Both the position numbers and the translations under genes were made by a program. DNA of 64,000 bases from Bacteroidota bacterium (GTDB lineage: Bacteria > Bacteroidota > Ignavibacteria > UBA10030). The DNA is taken from the NCBI GenBank assembly GCA_026416125.1, contig JAOAFT010000004.1, positions 70,448 to 134,447 on the forward strand, written 5' to 3'. Position 1 is the stretch's first letter. Each line of letters opens with the position of its first letter. Shown one piece after another: positions 19,354 through 29,567 of this stretch. The notes beneath the pieces are model-generated. The model was not told the DNA's origin. It ran no database searches and saw only the letters and a list, made by a program, of their open reading frames with translations.

Positions 19354-21264
19354 ATGAAAGTACGGCTTTTGTTTGTGGGGCCCATTCTTCTATGTTCTCT
19401 CGTGTTTTCACAAGTACCAACAGTGCAATTGAAAATCAAAGAACGCTCTGGATTCCTTGGTATGGGAGGGCCACGAATTGTTCAACTTCAATTGTCGAAC
19501 CAGCAACCTCTTACTCCTATATCCTCAGAGAGTGTAAACAGTGGCGAGTACTACTACTTCTACGCCACACCGGTTGGTGACTGGAAACTTGAGCCGGAAT
19601 TTGTCGATGAAAACCTTTCGAAAGTCTCCATTTATCAAGATGGTCAGACCTATCCGATCATGTGGCGTAGCCAGGTCTTTACAATTGGAAATGGAGGGGT
19701 GGTGCTTGGTTTTTCAAAGTCGCTAAAGTTGTACAAACTTTTCCTTTTTCAATGTCCAATTGAAGAAACTGTAAACCAAGTGGAAGTTTCAATTCCACAA
19801 GAGTATTGGCCGGGGTATACATTTCTTATTATGAATATTGAAAGTGGGAAACAGTTCAGCGCAGCCAAACAGTACCGGCAAGCGTTGTGGTATTTTGAGA
19901 AAATAGTTGCTGATCAAAATTTGAAAATCTTTCCACAATTTGATGAGGTAAAAAACATACGCGTTGAGTTATACGAAAACATAGTAAAGTCTACGATGGT
20001 CGAATTTGAAAATCTCATGCGTACTGATATCAACGCAACGTTGAAAAACGCCATAGCGCAAATTGATACCTATAAGCCAACCATACAATTTGTCATTGAT
20101 TCTTTACCTCGACCTACATGGGGAATAAGTTCACTCGATCCATCAGTAGCATCAGTGCTTAACGTTGCACGAGAAGCATTGCTTCGGGTATCAACTGTAC
20201 GAGATTCCCTTCAACAGGTTCTCGATGAAAGAACAATACAATGGATTCTAACCAGTTCATCTACGGGGAAAAATGGTTACCTTTACCAATATATCATCGA
20301 AACATTCGCGTACGCGTTTGCATCGCTTCCTTTTGAAGATACTACGATAACCAAGCTTGAAGTCCGAATCTCAGAAGATATTAAACAACGACTTGTAAAA
20401 AATAATTTAATGGAGTCGTTTGAAACATTTATTCGTGTCTGTAATGAACGTTTTCAAATGCATCTCCCTATCTACCCCGTTGGCTTTTTACCAAACCTTC
20501 GGAAAGATACTGCCTCGTTTTCACTTCCGTTTTACTCAATGTTGAAAGCGGTAAGTGACTACTACTATGGTAATTGGAGCGACGCAAAAGCAGAAATTTT
20601 CAAAGTGTTTAGGACTTGTTACGAAACAGAGCTCAACACTCGGTTTGATTTACTTCGGGTAGTTATTGTCAATCGAGAATCAAACATAACACCGGATATC
20701 GTTGCCCTCATTAAGGAAGCGCAACAAGCGGAATCAAAACGTGATGTTGCAACAGCAACTGAACAGTATCGACAACTCACACTCATTGCTCCCAATTTTG
20801 CGTATGGATATTTTTTATTTGCTCGATTTTACTCACGTATTGGAGACGTGAATCGGGCTATTTTTTACTACCAACGTGCATACCAAATAGACACACTCTA
20901 CTTAACTGCATATCGTGAGTGTTACAATAGCTATCTTAAACTTGGTAACTATAAGCCGATGATTGAAGTAATGACTACAGCGCTTTCGAAAGGCAACAAT
21001 TTTTGGGAAATACATTACAACTTAGGAACAGCCTACATGGGTGACGGAGATTTAGCGAAAGCAATTCAGCATTACGAACACGCATTAACACTTAACCCAA
21101 AGAGTTACAAAGCAAACCTTCAGTTGGGGTTGGCGTACCAAAATGCAAGGAATTTTCAAAAAGCCCGAGAGTATTTCAACAATGCGATAGGTATTGATCC
21201 AACACGCCAAGAAGCTGTTGATTACCTTACTAAACTTAACGAATTGCAGAGGATGGGGAAATAA
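19354..21264 (+). CDS. secreted TPR-repeat protein
   Basis: Signal peptide MKVRLLFVGPILLCSLVFSQ. The C-terminal third has clear TPR units (AIFYYQRAYQIDTLYLTAY..., WEIHYNLGTAYMGDGDLAKAIQHYEHALTLNPKSYKANLQLGLAYQNARNFQKAREYFNNAIGIDP). Confidence 0.65.
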   Translation: MKVRLLFVGPILLCSLVFSQVPTVQLKIKERSGFLGMGGPRIVQLQLSNQQPLTPISSESVNSGEYYYFYATPVGDWKLEPEFVDENLSKVSIYQDGQTYPIMWRSQVFTIGNGGVVLGFSKSLKLYKLFLFQCPIEETVNQVEVSIPQEYWPGYTFLIMNIESGKQFSAAKQYRQALWYFEKIVADQNLKIFPQFDEVKNIRVELYENIVKSTMVEFENLMRTDINATLKNAIAQIDTYKPTIQFVIDSLPRPTWGISSLDPSVASVLNVAREALLRVSTVRDSLQQVLDERTIQWILTSSSTGKNGYLYQYIIETFAYAFASLPFEDTTITKLEVRISEDIKQRLVKNNLMESFETFIRVCNERFQMHLPIYPVGFLPNLRKDTASFSLPFYSMLKAVSDYYYGNWSDAKAEIFKVFRTCYETELNTRFDLLRVVIVNRESNITPDIVALIKEAQQAESKRDVATATEQYRQLTLIAPNFAYGYFLFARFYSRIGDVNRAIFYYQRAYQIDTLYLTAYRECYNSYLKLGNYKPMIEVMTTALSKGNNFWEIHYNLGTAYMGDGDLAKAIQHYEHALTLNPKSYKANLQLGLAYQNARNFQKAREYFNNAIGIDPTRQEAVDYLTKLNELQRMGK

Positions 21265-21284
21265 ACTGTATAAAGGATAGAGCA

Positions 21285-22682
21285 ATGGCGATTCAAAGTT
21301 TAAGTCATGAAGAAAAAATACGGCGTGTTTCTGCTCTTCTTCGACAAGTTGATGAAGATGTGAAGGAGAAGAGGTACGAACAAGCGCTTGATAAAATCCG
21401 CCAAGTCTATGAATACGACATTAAGAACATTTATGCACGTGCGTACGAGGAGCGCATTCTCATCCTTATGATGGAACGCGACAGGGAACAAATGTTAAAA
21501 GAGGCAGAAAAGAAGGCTGAAGAAAAAATTGATGCAGAAGTAAAACGACGGTTGAAAGAATTCTATAAACTCCAGGAAATTGAAGCAGAAAAGCGAAGAG
21601 CAGCTGAACAAAAAGAACAGGTGTTAGAAGAGCGAGCACGACAAGCCTCTGTGAGTGAAGTGAAACAAGAAACAACCAGAGATCTGACAACGATTGAGAA
21701 AGAAGCATTAAAACGGATTGAAGAATTAGAAAAACGTCTTCAAACAGCGCTCCAATCGCAAACGACCTCAGTCGATGCTACGACAGTACAAAAAATGAAA
21801 GAGGAGTATGAAGCAAAGCTCCTCCAGTACAAAAAACAATTCGAAGAAGCTGAAGCGGAACGAAAAAAAATTCAAGAGGAAGCATTTGCTCGAATGCGAG
21901 AAGAACAACAGCGGGCACAAGAACAATTAGTCCAGAAATTTGAGGAGGAACGACGATTGCTCATCGAACGTGAGCGAGAGAAAGAGAAACAACGAGCTCT
22001 CGATGCCTATCGTTCCGTGATGATGCTAATGATGGAGCTTGCTGTTCCTGGTGAGGTACAGTCGTCAATACTCCAATCGTTGAAAATTTCTTTTAATATT
22101 ACTGATACTGAACACATGGCTGTGGAACGAGAAGTACAGGTGCGTTCCTATATTGAAACAGTGCGTACCTTGTACCAAGCTCAGGTTCAAACGGAAGAAG
22201 ATTTCGAACATCTAAAGAACTTGCGACAACTCTTTCGCATTTCCGATGATGAACATGTAGCAATTGTGAAGAGAGTTAAGAAAGAACTTGGATTACCTGA
22301 TGAAACCGCAGTCATTGTTGCTATTGATGATGATCCAGCAATTCGAAAATATATTGAACATATACTCAAACGAACATACAAAACAGTTATAACTGCTATT
22401 AACGCAGAAAGTATCGTTTCAGAGCTTCCAAAACTCCAACCGTCGCTAATTATTAGTGATGTTAACCTTGGTGTTGGAGTCATGAGTGGTTTTACATTTT
22501 TTGAAAAGGTACGAAATGGTGAATTTGGTGACTCTCTCAAAGCACTTCCACTCATATTGATCAGTTCCATGGAAGACGAATTCTTTATTCGGAGTGCTCG
22601 GCAACTAGGAGTAAAGACGTACCTTACAAAGCCATTCACAAAAGAGCAGCTTGAAAGTGCTGTTAAGGATGCACTCGCGTAA
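21285..22682 (+). CDS. response regulator with a C-terminal receiver domain and an N-terminal coiled-coil plus tandem-repeat region
   Basis: Residues ~40-230 are extremely E/K/R/Q-rich and coiled-coil. Two ~35-aa repeats follow (LKISFNITDTEHMAVEREV... and LRQLFRISDDEHVAIVKRV...). A canonical REC sits at the C-terminus (VIVAIDDDP...LIISDVNL...LILISS...KTYLTKP). Confidence 0.75.
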   Translation: MAIQSLSHEEKIRRVSALLRQVDEDVKEKRYEQALDKIRQVYEYDIKNIYARAYEERILILMMERDREQMLKEAEKKAEEKIDAEVKRRLKEFYKLQEIEAEKRRAAEQKEQVLEERARQASVSEVKQETTRDLTTIEKEALKRIEELEKRLQTALQSQTTSVDATTVQKMKEEYEAKLLQYKKQFEEAEAERKKIQEEAFARMREEQQRAQEQLVQKFEEERRLLIEREREKEKQRALDAYRSVMMLMMELAVPGEVQSSILQSLKISFNITDTEHMAVEREVQVRSYIETVRTLYQAQVQTEEDFEHLKNLRQLFRISDDEHVAIVKRVKKELGLPDETAVIVAIDDDPAIRKYIEHILKRTYKTVITAINAESIVSELPKLQPSLIISDVNLGVGVMSGFTFFEKVRNGEFGDSLKALPLILISSMEDEFFIRSARQLGVKTYLTKPFTKEQLESAVKDALA

Positions 22683-22683
22683 A

Positions 22684-24818
22684 TTATGGAAGCTGTAACA
22701 ACCCCTCCCACCGCACGTTCCATGTACCGTCTTTAGGAAATCCAGGAGCTTCGATTGTACATCCCTCGTATCCAGCACACATCATTGCAACAGCTGTAAG
22801 GAGCGCACCATTGCCCGGGAGGTAGACGCGCAAGCGTGAATCCTGGTAATTATGCCCGTTCTTGAGAAAATGATTTTTCCCACTGTTCCGGAGAAGTATC
22901 TCTATGGCGAGATGTGGGAGATGAAGACGTGTTGCAGTCATTGCAGCAAGTGGAAAATCCCAACCCCAGGTGCGCTCCCAATCCCATTCTTCAAGAATGC
23001 GGAGGAGTGTACGCTTCATCGTGAAAGTATCAACCATTCCTGTGTTAGGGAGCATGCCATACATTCCGAGTACCATTGGGTGATCGTGCATAAATTTGGA
23101 CGAGTATGAGTCGAACCGATTTTCTGCAAAAAGGTAATATCCGTTATACGTTTGTGGGCGTGAGAGGTAGTGAACAACGGAATCCCAGAGAGGTACAGAC
23201 GGGAGTAAAAGACTTTTTCGCCATTCTTGAGCAATGTGAAGACCATACTTCCAGTAGGCAAGTTCAAAAGGTGGATTGTACGTTGCTTCTGCGGGAAAGC
23301 ATTCCTGAGCAGGAATGAGCGGCGGACCTAATATAAAACGGTGTTGTGTAGAATCGAAGGTGGCAAAGGTGGCCATAAAGTCAGCTGTTTCAAAAATAAG
23401 CGGTGCATACTTGGAGAGTATAAGTGTATCTAATTTCTTCTTTGTGAGGAGTTTGGTAATATATATGATATGAGGTTGTTGCCAGATGAGGAACGCTCCA
23501 ATGCTCGATGGACTATCCATCCCAGTAGGGGAGGTCATCTTTTGCCATCGAACTCCCATACAACCGTGTCGTTGGGCTGTTTCACGGGCGTATTTTCTAA
23601 ATTGAAAGTAACAACTAAGCATACGTTCAAGATATTCACTTCTATTCCATAGGATGTAGTGCACTCCATGCCACCACATCATTTCAAGGTGAAATTTCCC
23701 GTACCAACTGTTGTAGGTTAAGCCAGTTTCTTGGGGAGGATATAACCCTGCACATTGTACTCGTGTGAGGTATTGGGAAAGTACAATGCGGCGTTCCAAT
23801 TCCAGTGCTCGTGGATCAGTACAGTGTGAAAGATCGATAGCACCACCGCTCTGCCAGAATGATTTCCAACTTTGGACATTTTGTTCATACACTGTTGTGT
23901 AAGGAAGAGTAACAAGTTCATTTGGTAGCGATTGTAAAAAGTGCGCGACGAACGAAAATGAAGTATTTTGTGTATGTGGTTGGAGTATGAACGTGTGCTG
24001 TGAATCGGGAACAATGCAAGCTGTGTCTGTCCATGTAAGCATGAGGTAGTACGTGAATGTATCGATTGAATGCACGAAAAGGGCACAATGGTCCGTTGCA
24101 GTAAGGAGTTGTGAAGTATGGAGTGAGTCAAAATTCCATGTGTAGCCAGGACTGGTATGCTCAAAGGATGGGTATGGGAAACGGAGAGAGACACGAATGC
24201 GACCCGTAGGTAAACACGATGATGTTATTGAACAAGCAACGGCATCGTATAAAGGATGAACACAGGTTTGCACGTGAATAGGTGTTCCATCAAAAGTGTA
24301 GGTGCTTTGGATTGTACCTTCCCATACTTGAAGTACTTGATGAATGTTTGCAATATCATAGCGCGTTGCCTTTCTACCCTGTTGAGTTCTAAAATCGAAC
24401 CCGAGTACACCGAGGTGGACTCGGTGAGGATTTGATCGGAAAAAGATTGTAGCATCTTTTTTCCGAGGAGGTGCATCCCACTGTACAGAGTAGGGTACAC
24501 TGCGGTTGTTAATTGTATAATATTGGTACGTTTCCTCAAGTGTAAAGTTATCGTTGTTAGGGAGAGAATGCCATCCCCAGTCGGAAAAGGTCCCGAGGCA
24601 GACACCGTTTTATAGTACTGTGGAAATGTTTGAAGACCGGTAGGGTCAACGGTAAAAGCGAATTTTCCATTTCCTACAGTTAGTGAGGATAATGAGTCAA
24701 AGGTTCTTACTATTACATTGTGCCGATGGACAACAGCATAACGATCGATAGGTTGAGCAAATGTTTTGACTATGATACAATAAGAGAGAAAAGTGTATAT
24801 TATGATGTACAATTTCAT
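22684..24818 (-). pseudogene. secreted glycoside-hydrolase-like ((alpha/alpha)6-barrel type) gene interrupted by a +/-1 frameshift near 24607-24612
   Basis: A 197-aa ORF (24225..24818) has a signal peptide and GNGKFAFTVDPTGLQTFPQYYK. The protein-like sequence then continues in another frame (stop-free from 24609 down: NGVCLGTFSDWGWHSLPNNDNFTLEETYQYY... into the 529-aa ORF). The switch sits at the run TATAAAACGG. The tail of the first ORF reads as noise. Confidence 0.55.
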
Positions 24819-24868
24819 ATCTCATTGAGAAGTAAAAGAAAAATTTACTAACATGAAAGGAGTTCGCC

Positions 24869-25330
24869 ATGGTTACAAAAGGAGACAAAGCCCCATCTTT
24901 TTCGCTCTACGACGCTGATCGGACAGAGCGATCGCTTCAAGAATTTACTGGTAAGAAAGTTGTGCTTGTTTTTTACCCAGGTGCGTTTACAAGTGTTTGC
25001 ACGAAAGAGCTATGTACATTCCGCGATACACTAGCGAAGTTCAATAAGTTGAATGCAGTGGTTCTGGGAATCAGTGTTGATAGTCCGTTTGCCAATAAAG
25101 CATTTGCAGATGCTAACAAGATAAATTTTCCATTGCTCAGTGATTATGAGCGAAAGGTTAGTGAACTGTACGGTGGAGTTCATAGAGATTTTGCAGGTTT
25201 AAAAGGGTATACAGCGGCAAAACGAGCTGTGTTTGTAATTGATGAACGTGGTGTAGTGGTGTACACGTGGGTAACAGAAAATCCTGCAAATGAACCACCA
25301 TACGATGAGGTAGAGCAGGCATTGCACTAA
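24869..25330 (+). CDS. peroxiredoxin (AhpC/TSA family, 1-Cys/PrxQ-like)
   Basis: VVLVFYPGAFTSVCTKEL contains the peroxidatic Cys in the P..T..C context. Confidence 0.85.
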   Translation: MVTKGDKAPSFSLYDADRTERSLQEFTGKKVVLVFYPGAFTSVCTKELCTFRDTLAKFNKLNAVVLGISVDSPFANKAFADANKINFPLLSDYERKVSELYGGVHRDFAGLKGYTAAKRAVFVIDERGVVVYTWVTENPANEPPYDEVEQALH

Positions 25331-25363
25331 AGAGCCACTCAATTAGTGGAATGGAGTATAGCT

Positions 25364-25816
25364 ATGCTTAGTGTTGGTGATCGTGCACCAGACTTTACAT
25401 TACCAGCGGTCGATGGGTCCATGTTTTCATTAAAGGAGCACCGTGGGAAAAAAGTGGTCCTGTATTTCTATCCAAAGGATAATACACCAGGTTGTACAAA
25501 AGAAGCTTGTTCGTTTCGGGATACCCATGCTACAATAGCAAAGAGAAATGCAATTGTTGTTGGGATAAGTGCTGATAGTAATGAATCCCATAAAAGGTTT
25601 GCTGAGAAGTATCAACTTCCATTTCTCCTTCTAAGCGATGCAGGGAAAGAAGTTGTCCGACTGTATGGTGTGTGGAAGCAAAAGAGGCTGTACGGGAAAA
25701 CTACATATGGAATCGAGCGCACAACGTTTATTATCGATGAAGATGGCATTATTAAAGGTATATTTCGAAAAGTGGACGTGGAAAACCACATTCAAGAAGT
25801 GTTGAGCGTTCTATGA
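25364..25816 (+). CDS. bcp: thioredoxin-dependent thiol peroxidase (Bcp/PrxQ)
   Basis: [23 protein letters not shown] has the PxxTxGCT motif plus a resolving Cys. Confidence 0.85.
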   Translation: MLSVGDRAPDFTLPAVDGSMFSLKEHRGKKVVLYFYPKDNTPGCTKEACSFRDTHATIAKRNAIVVGISADSNESHKRFAEKYQLPFLLLSDAGKEVVRLYGVWKQKRLYGKTTYGIERTTFIIDEDGIIKGIFRKVDVENHIQEVLSVL

Positions 25817-25954
25817 ACGTTTATTACACGTTCCCCCTAATATTTTAGGTGCGAAAAAGAGGTTCTTGAACGTGAGCATTGAAACCAGTCTTGTAGTTTT
25901 GAAGAAAGTACCTGAAATTGCTTTCGAAGTGGATAATTTAACAGGAGAAGTACG

Positions 25955-26521
25955 GTGGTCAACGAACGAAACGTTCAAGAACTCATTCGACAGTTACTTA
26001 TAGAACTTGGAGAAAACCCACAGCGCGAAGGGTTGCACCGAACACCGGTGCGTGTTGCTTCGCTTTACAGTTATCTCCTCAGCGGATATGATTTAAGTCC
26101 CGATGAAGCAATCAATGGAGCTGTTTTTGAAGAGCAATACAGCGAAATGGTTATTGTGAAAGATATAGAATTCTACTCGCTGTGTGAACACCACCTCATA
26201 CCATTTTTTGGGAAGGCGCACATTGCATACATTCCGAATGGGAGAATCATTGGTTTAAGTAAAGTACCACGGATTGTTGATATTTTTGCCAAACGTCTTC
26301 AAGTTCAAGAACGAATGACACAACAGATTGCAGATACGCTCGAAAAACATTTGCAACCTATAGGTGTTGCTGTCGTGCTCGAAGCATACCACCTGTGTAT
26401 GATGATGAGGGGAGTGCAAAAGTCTGAGTCAGTAGCTGTAACTAGTGCAATGCTCGGTGCATTTCGAAACGATGTGAAGACGAGAAACGAGTTCCTCACT
26501 TTAATTCAACGATCATTGTAA
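25955..26521 (+). CDS. folE: GTP cyclohydrolase I
   Basis: Conserved FolE blocks [22 protein letters not shown] and HLCMMMRGV. Confidence 0.9.
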   Translation: MVNERNVQELIRQLLIELGENPQREGLHRTPVRVASLYSYLLSGYDLSPDEAINGAVFEEQYSEMVIVKDIEFYSLCEHHLIPFFGKAHIAYIPNGRIIGLSKVPRIVDIFAKRLQVQERMTQQIADTLEKHLQPIGVAVVLEAYHLCMMMRGVQKSESVAVTSAMLGAFRNDVKTRNEFLTLIQRSL

Positions 26522-26565
26522 CCACTGTATCCTTGTGGGTAGAAACATCATTGTGGTATGGGATA

Positions 26566-27525
26566 CTACGAATTTAATTGTGCATATGTTTGTTTGAGTT
26601 TCTCAGCAGACTTTCGGAACCCTTCCTCCTCTTCGTAACTCATTGGAAGTGTGAGTACTTCTTCAATCCCATTTGAACCGACAACACATGGTAGGCTCAG
26701 GCACATATCCGTGACTCCGTACTGTCCTGTCATAAGAGTTGAAACAGAGAGAACAGACCGATAATTTCCAAGAATCGCTTCGACAATAGAAAGTAACCCT
26801 AATCCTATTGCATAATAGGTAGCACCTTTCCGTTTGATTATTTCATATGCCGCATCTCGTACATTGACAAAGAGAGTATCCATATCAGCTTGGTTGTACT
26901 TTTTATTTTGAAGGGGTGCGAAATCGCGAAGGCGTACTCCACCGATGTTTGCCAAACTCCAGAGTGGGATTTCACTATCACCATGTTCACCGACAATGTA
27001 TGCATGCACACTTCGTGGATCGACACCATAGTACTGTCCGAGAAGAAATCGGAACCGTGAGGTATCGAGAATAGTTCCAGAACCGATAACTTTTGTTGGT
27101 GGGAGTTTGGACTCCTTGAGCGCTATGTATGTAAGGATGTCAACTGGGTTTGAAGCAATAAGAATGATACCATCGGGATTGTATTTCACAACCTCGGGTA
27201 TGATCGATTTCATGATAGTTGCATTTCGACTTAGGAGGTCTAATCGGGTTTCACCAGGGCGTTGAGCAGTTCCCGCTGTGATAACGACGACGTTAGCACC
27301 AGCTAGGTCTGCATAATTCCCAGCTATAATACGCATGGGCTTTGTGAACGAAAGACCATGATTCAAATCCATCATTTCGCCGATTGCTCTCTCTACGACA
27401 TCGTTGATGAGTACGAGATCAGTTGCAATGCCGCGTTGCATGAGAGCGTAGGCAAACGATGAACCAACCATGCCAGTACCGACAATGCCTACTTTTCTCA
27501 ATGACCGTTGTTCAAACATACACAC
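26566..27525 (-). CDS. ldh: L-lactate dehydrogenase
   Basis: GIVGTGMVGSSFAYAL NAD-binding fold. ITAGTAQRPGETRLDLL has Gln at the substrate-discriminating position (LDH-type, not MDH-type). Catalytic IVGEHGDS. Confidence 0.85.
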   Translation of the reverse strand: MCMFEQRSLRKVGIVGTGMVGSSFAYALMQRGIATDLVLINDVVERAIGEMMDLNHGLSFTKPMRIIAGNYADLAGANVVVITAGTAQRPGETRLDLLSRNATIMKSIIPEVVKYNPDGIILIASNPVDILTYIALKESKLPPTKVIGSGTILDTSRFRFLLGQYYGVDPRSVHAYIVGEHGDSEIPLWSLANIGGVRLRDFAPLQNKKYNQADMDTLFVNVRDAAYEIIKRKGATYYAIGLGLLSIVEAILGNYRSVLSVSTLMTGQYGVTDMCLSLPCVVGSNGIEEVLTLPMSYEEEEGFRKSAEKLKQTYAQLNS

Positions 27526-27546
27526 CTCTCTTTCAAGTATCTTTTC

Positions 27547-28725
27547 CTACTGGTCGATAAATATGGTATTCATCTTTTCAACGGGGAACTCGTTTTCAGG
27601 ATATACAACCTCTGGGTTTAAGTATCGTGTGGAACCATCAATTTCTTCGTATGCGATAAATGGGGCTAAGTCCCCAATATCCATAATTTTTGCTGTACTG
27701 TGTATAGAATTTGTGTGAACACCCGATGAACGATTGATGTTGATCCCAACATCGACACGAACTGGCTCTATTCCTTTTTGTGGTGAGTAAAGTGCATTTC
27801 GTACTATATAGTCGAATCCATATTCGGCATTGAAAGGAAGCGAGTCATACACATCGCTCGTGTAGTGTGTATATTCCTTTTGTGCGATAGCATAGAGAGA
27901 AGTTAAGAGTACAATTGTATTCATTTTTCGGATAAAAAATTTATTGGGGTCATTTTTCCATCCACCAGATTCTATAAGTAAGATGCTGGTTCCCCACCGC
28001 TGGATGCTTTCGCCAAATGCACGAGGTTCATAAAAATCGTTCCAACGGGCAACATGTCCCGGAATAAAGTGGTGAGCTACAGTTGCAATGAGCGAAGCGA
28101 GTTGCTTTGCTCGTAACCGCGATGTCGTATCGGAATTAATCTCGTCAACTGCAGGTGCAAGGAGAGCAAGAGCAGTGAACTTTTTTGTAGATCCAACTGT
28201 CAAACGAGGATTCTGGTCATGGAGGTTAAAACAAAATTCTGGTTTCAATGTCTCATAGAGGTATTTAAGAGTTCGTGCTTCAGGTGTTTTGAGCGTTTGT
28301 GCATCGCGATTCATGTCGATGTGGTAGGCAGTTCGTCGTTGAAATCGTTCGGCACCATCGGGATTGAGCATTGGTAGAAAGTGAATTGTTAACTGCTCAC
28401 GGAGGTACTGCGCAATAGGAGATTGGTTCTTCGTATTGAACCATCCAATCATGTCGAGAAGAGCCATAGTTGCTGTTGGTTCATCACCGTGCATTTGTGA
28501 CCAAAGGAGTACAGTAGTTGGACCAGATCCAAGTGAGTAAAGCATTAGTGGGCGACCTTCGGTTGACGTTCCCACACATTGCGAACGATATAGTCCTCTC
28601 TCTCCCATCGGTTTGATCCACTGAAGCATCTCACGTTGGGTAAAATGAGGCGTTGAAATAGCACTGAGAAAAAATGATGGGTACGAAGTAAAGAGTTCGT
28701 GCGCAAATGTATGAAGTGGGACCAT
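27547..28725 (-). CDS. M14-family zinc carboxypeptidase-like protein
   Basis: WSQMHGDEPTATMALL (HxxE zinc ligands) and overall M14 layout. Confidence 0.7.
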   Translation of the reverse strand: MVPLHTFAHELFTSYPSFFLSAISTPHFTQREMLQWIKPMGERGLYRSQCVGTSTEGRPLMLYSLGSGPTTVLLWSQMHGDEPTATMALLDMIGWFNTKNQSPIAQYLREQLTIHFLPMLNPDGAERFQRRTAYHIDMNRDAQTLKTPEARTLKYLYETLKPEFCFNLHDQNPRLTVGSTKKFTALALLAPAVDEINSDTTSRLRAKQLASLIATVAHHFIPGHVARWNDFYEPRAFGESIQRWGTSILLIESGGWKNDPNKFFIRKMNTIVLLTSLYAIAQKEYTHYTSDVYDSLPFNAEYGFDYIVRNALYSPQKGIEPVRVDVGININRSSGVHTNSIHSTAKIMDIGDLAPFIAYEEIDGSTRYLNPEVVYPENEFPVEKMNTIFIDQ

Positions 28726-28858
28726 ACAATTTTACTATGAATTCTATCTCATACGAAGATACAACTTTCTTTTTTAATTGGCATACTGTACCTGTACAAT
28801 GCAGTTCCTTGCTCCTCAGAGCTTTTTTTGCTACCATTTTTATAAGTAAAGTAGATCG

Positions 28859-29506
28859 ATGTCAAGCAAGAATAAACAGAGAAACAAAGAGACTAATCCA
28901 TTTACTCCGGTATGTGGACAACGTGAAGAAAATCGATATAGCGATAGAACCATCATACGTTCTGCGAAGAACGGAGATGAAAAAGCATTCCTTGTCTTGA
29001 AACAAAAGTACGCGGAGCCGCTTTATAAATTCCTTGCTCGTATCATAAAGCAACGAGAAGAACTCGACGATCTTGTCCAAGAGTCGTTTATAAAAGCTTT
29101 TACGTCGATCCAACAATTCAATGAAGAATATGCATTTTCCACATGGCTGTTCAAAATAGCGACGAACACAACTATTGATTTCCTTCGAAAGAAAAAAATT
29201 CCTACGATATCAATCAATAGTACTCTTGAAACAGAAGAAGATGAGTACTCATTTCAACTCCCCGATAAGGAACCAATACCTGATCAGCAGTTAATTGCAC
29301 ACCAACGTTCCAGTGTTCTTATGGAAGCGATTGAAGCGTTGCCGCCTAAGTATCGAAAAGTAATTATACTACGTCATGTGGAAGAGATGGAATACACTGA
29401 AATTGCAAAAGTATTGAAAATTCCACTTAGTACTATCAAAGCACATATTTTTCGTGCTAGAGAAATGCTCTATAAACAACTTAAACATAAGTTACGGCAG
29501 TACTGA
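28859..29506 (+). CDS. RNA polymerase sigma-70 factor, ECF subfamily
   Basis: Region 2 (LVQESFIKAFTSIQQFNEEYAFSTWLFKIATNTTIDFLRKKK) and region 4 (ILRHVEEMEYTEIAKVLKIPLSTIKAHIFRAREML). Confidence 0.85.
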   Translation: MSSKNKQRNKETNPFTPVCGQREENRYSDRTIIRSAKNGDEKAFLVLKQKYAEPLYKFLARIIKQREELDDLVQESFIKAFTSIQQFNEEYAFSTWLFKIATNTTIDFLRKKKIPTISINSTLETEEDEYSFQLPDKEPIPDQQLIAHQRSSVLMEAIEALPPKYRKVIILRHVEEMEYTEIAKVLKIPLSTIKAHIFRAREMLYKQLKHKLRQY

Positions 29507-29567
29507 GTGTAACTTTACCAGACGTACTCTCGTAAGTACGGTAGTGCATGCTATGTGAAAGTATGGT

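Noticed and set aside
25817-25954. Short inverted repeat GAACGT...ACGTTC after bcp as a terminator
   Set aside because: The stem is only 6 bp with no U-tract, which is too weak to call.
26522-26565. Possible bidirectional terminator between convergent folE and ldh
   Set aside because: No convincing inverted repeat was found in the 44-bp spacer.
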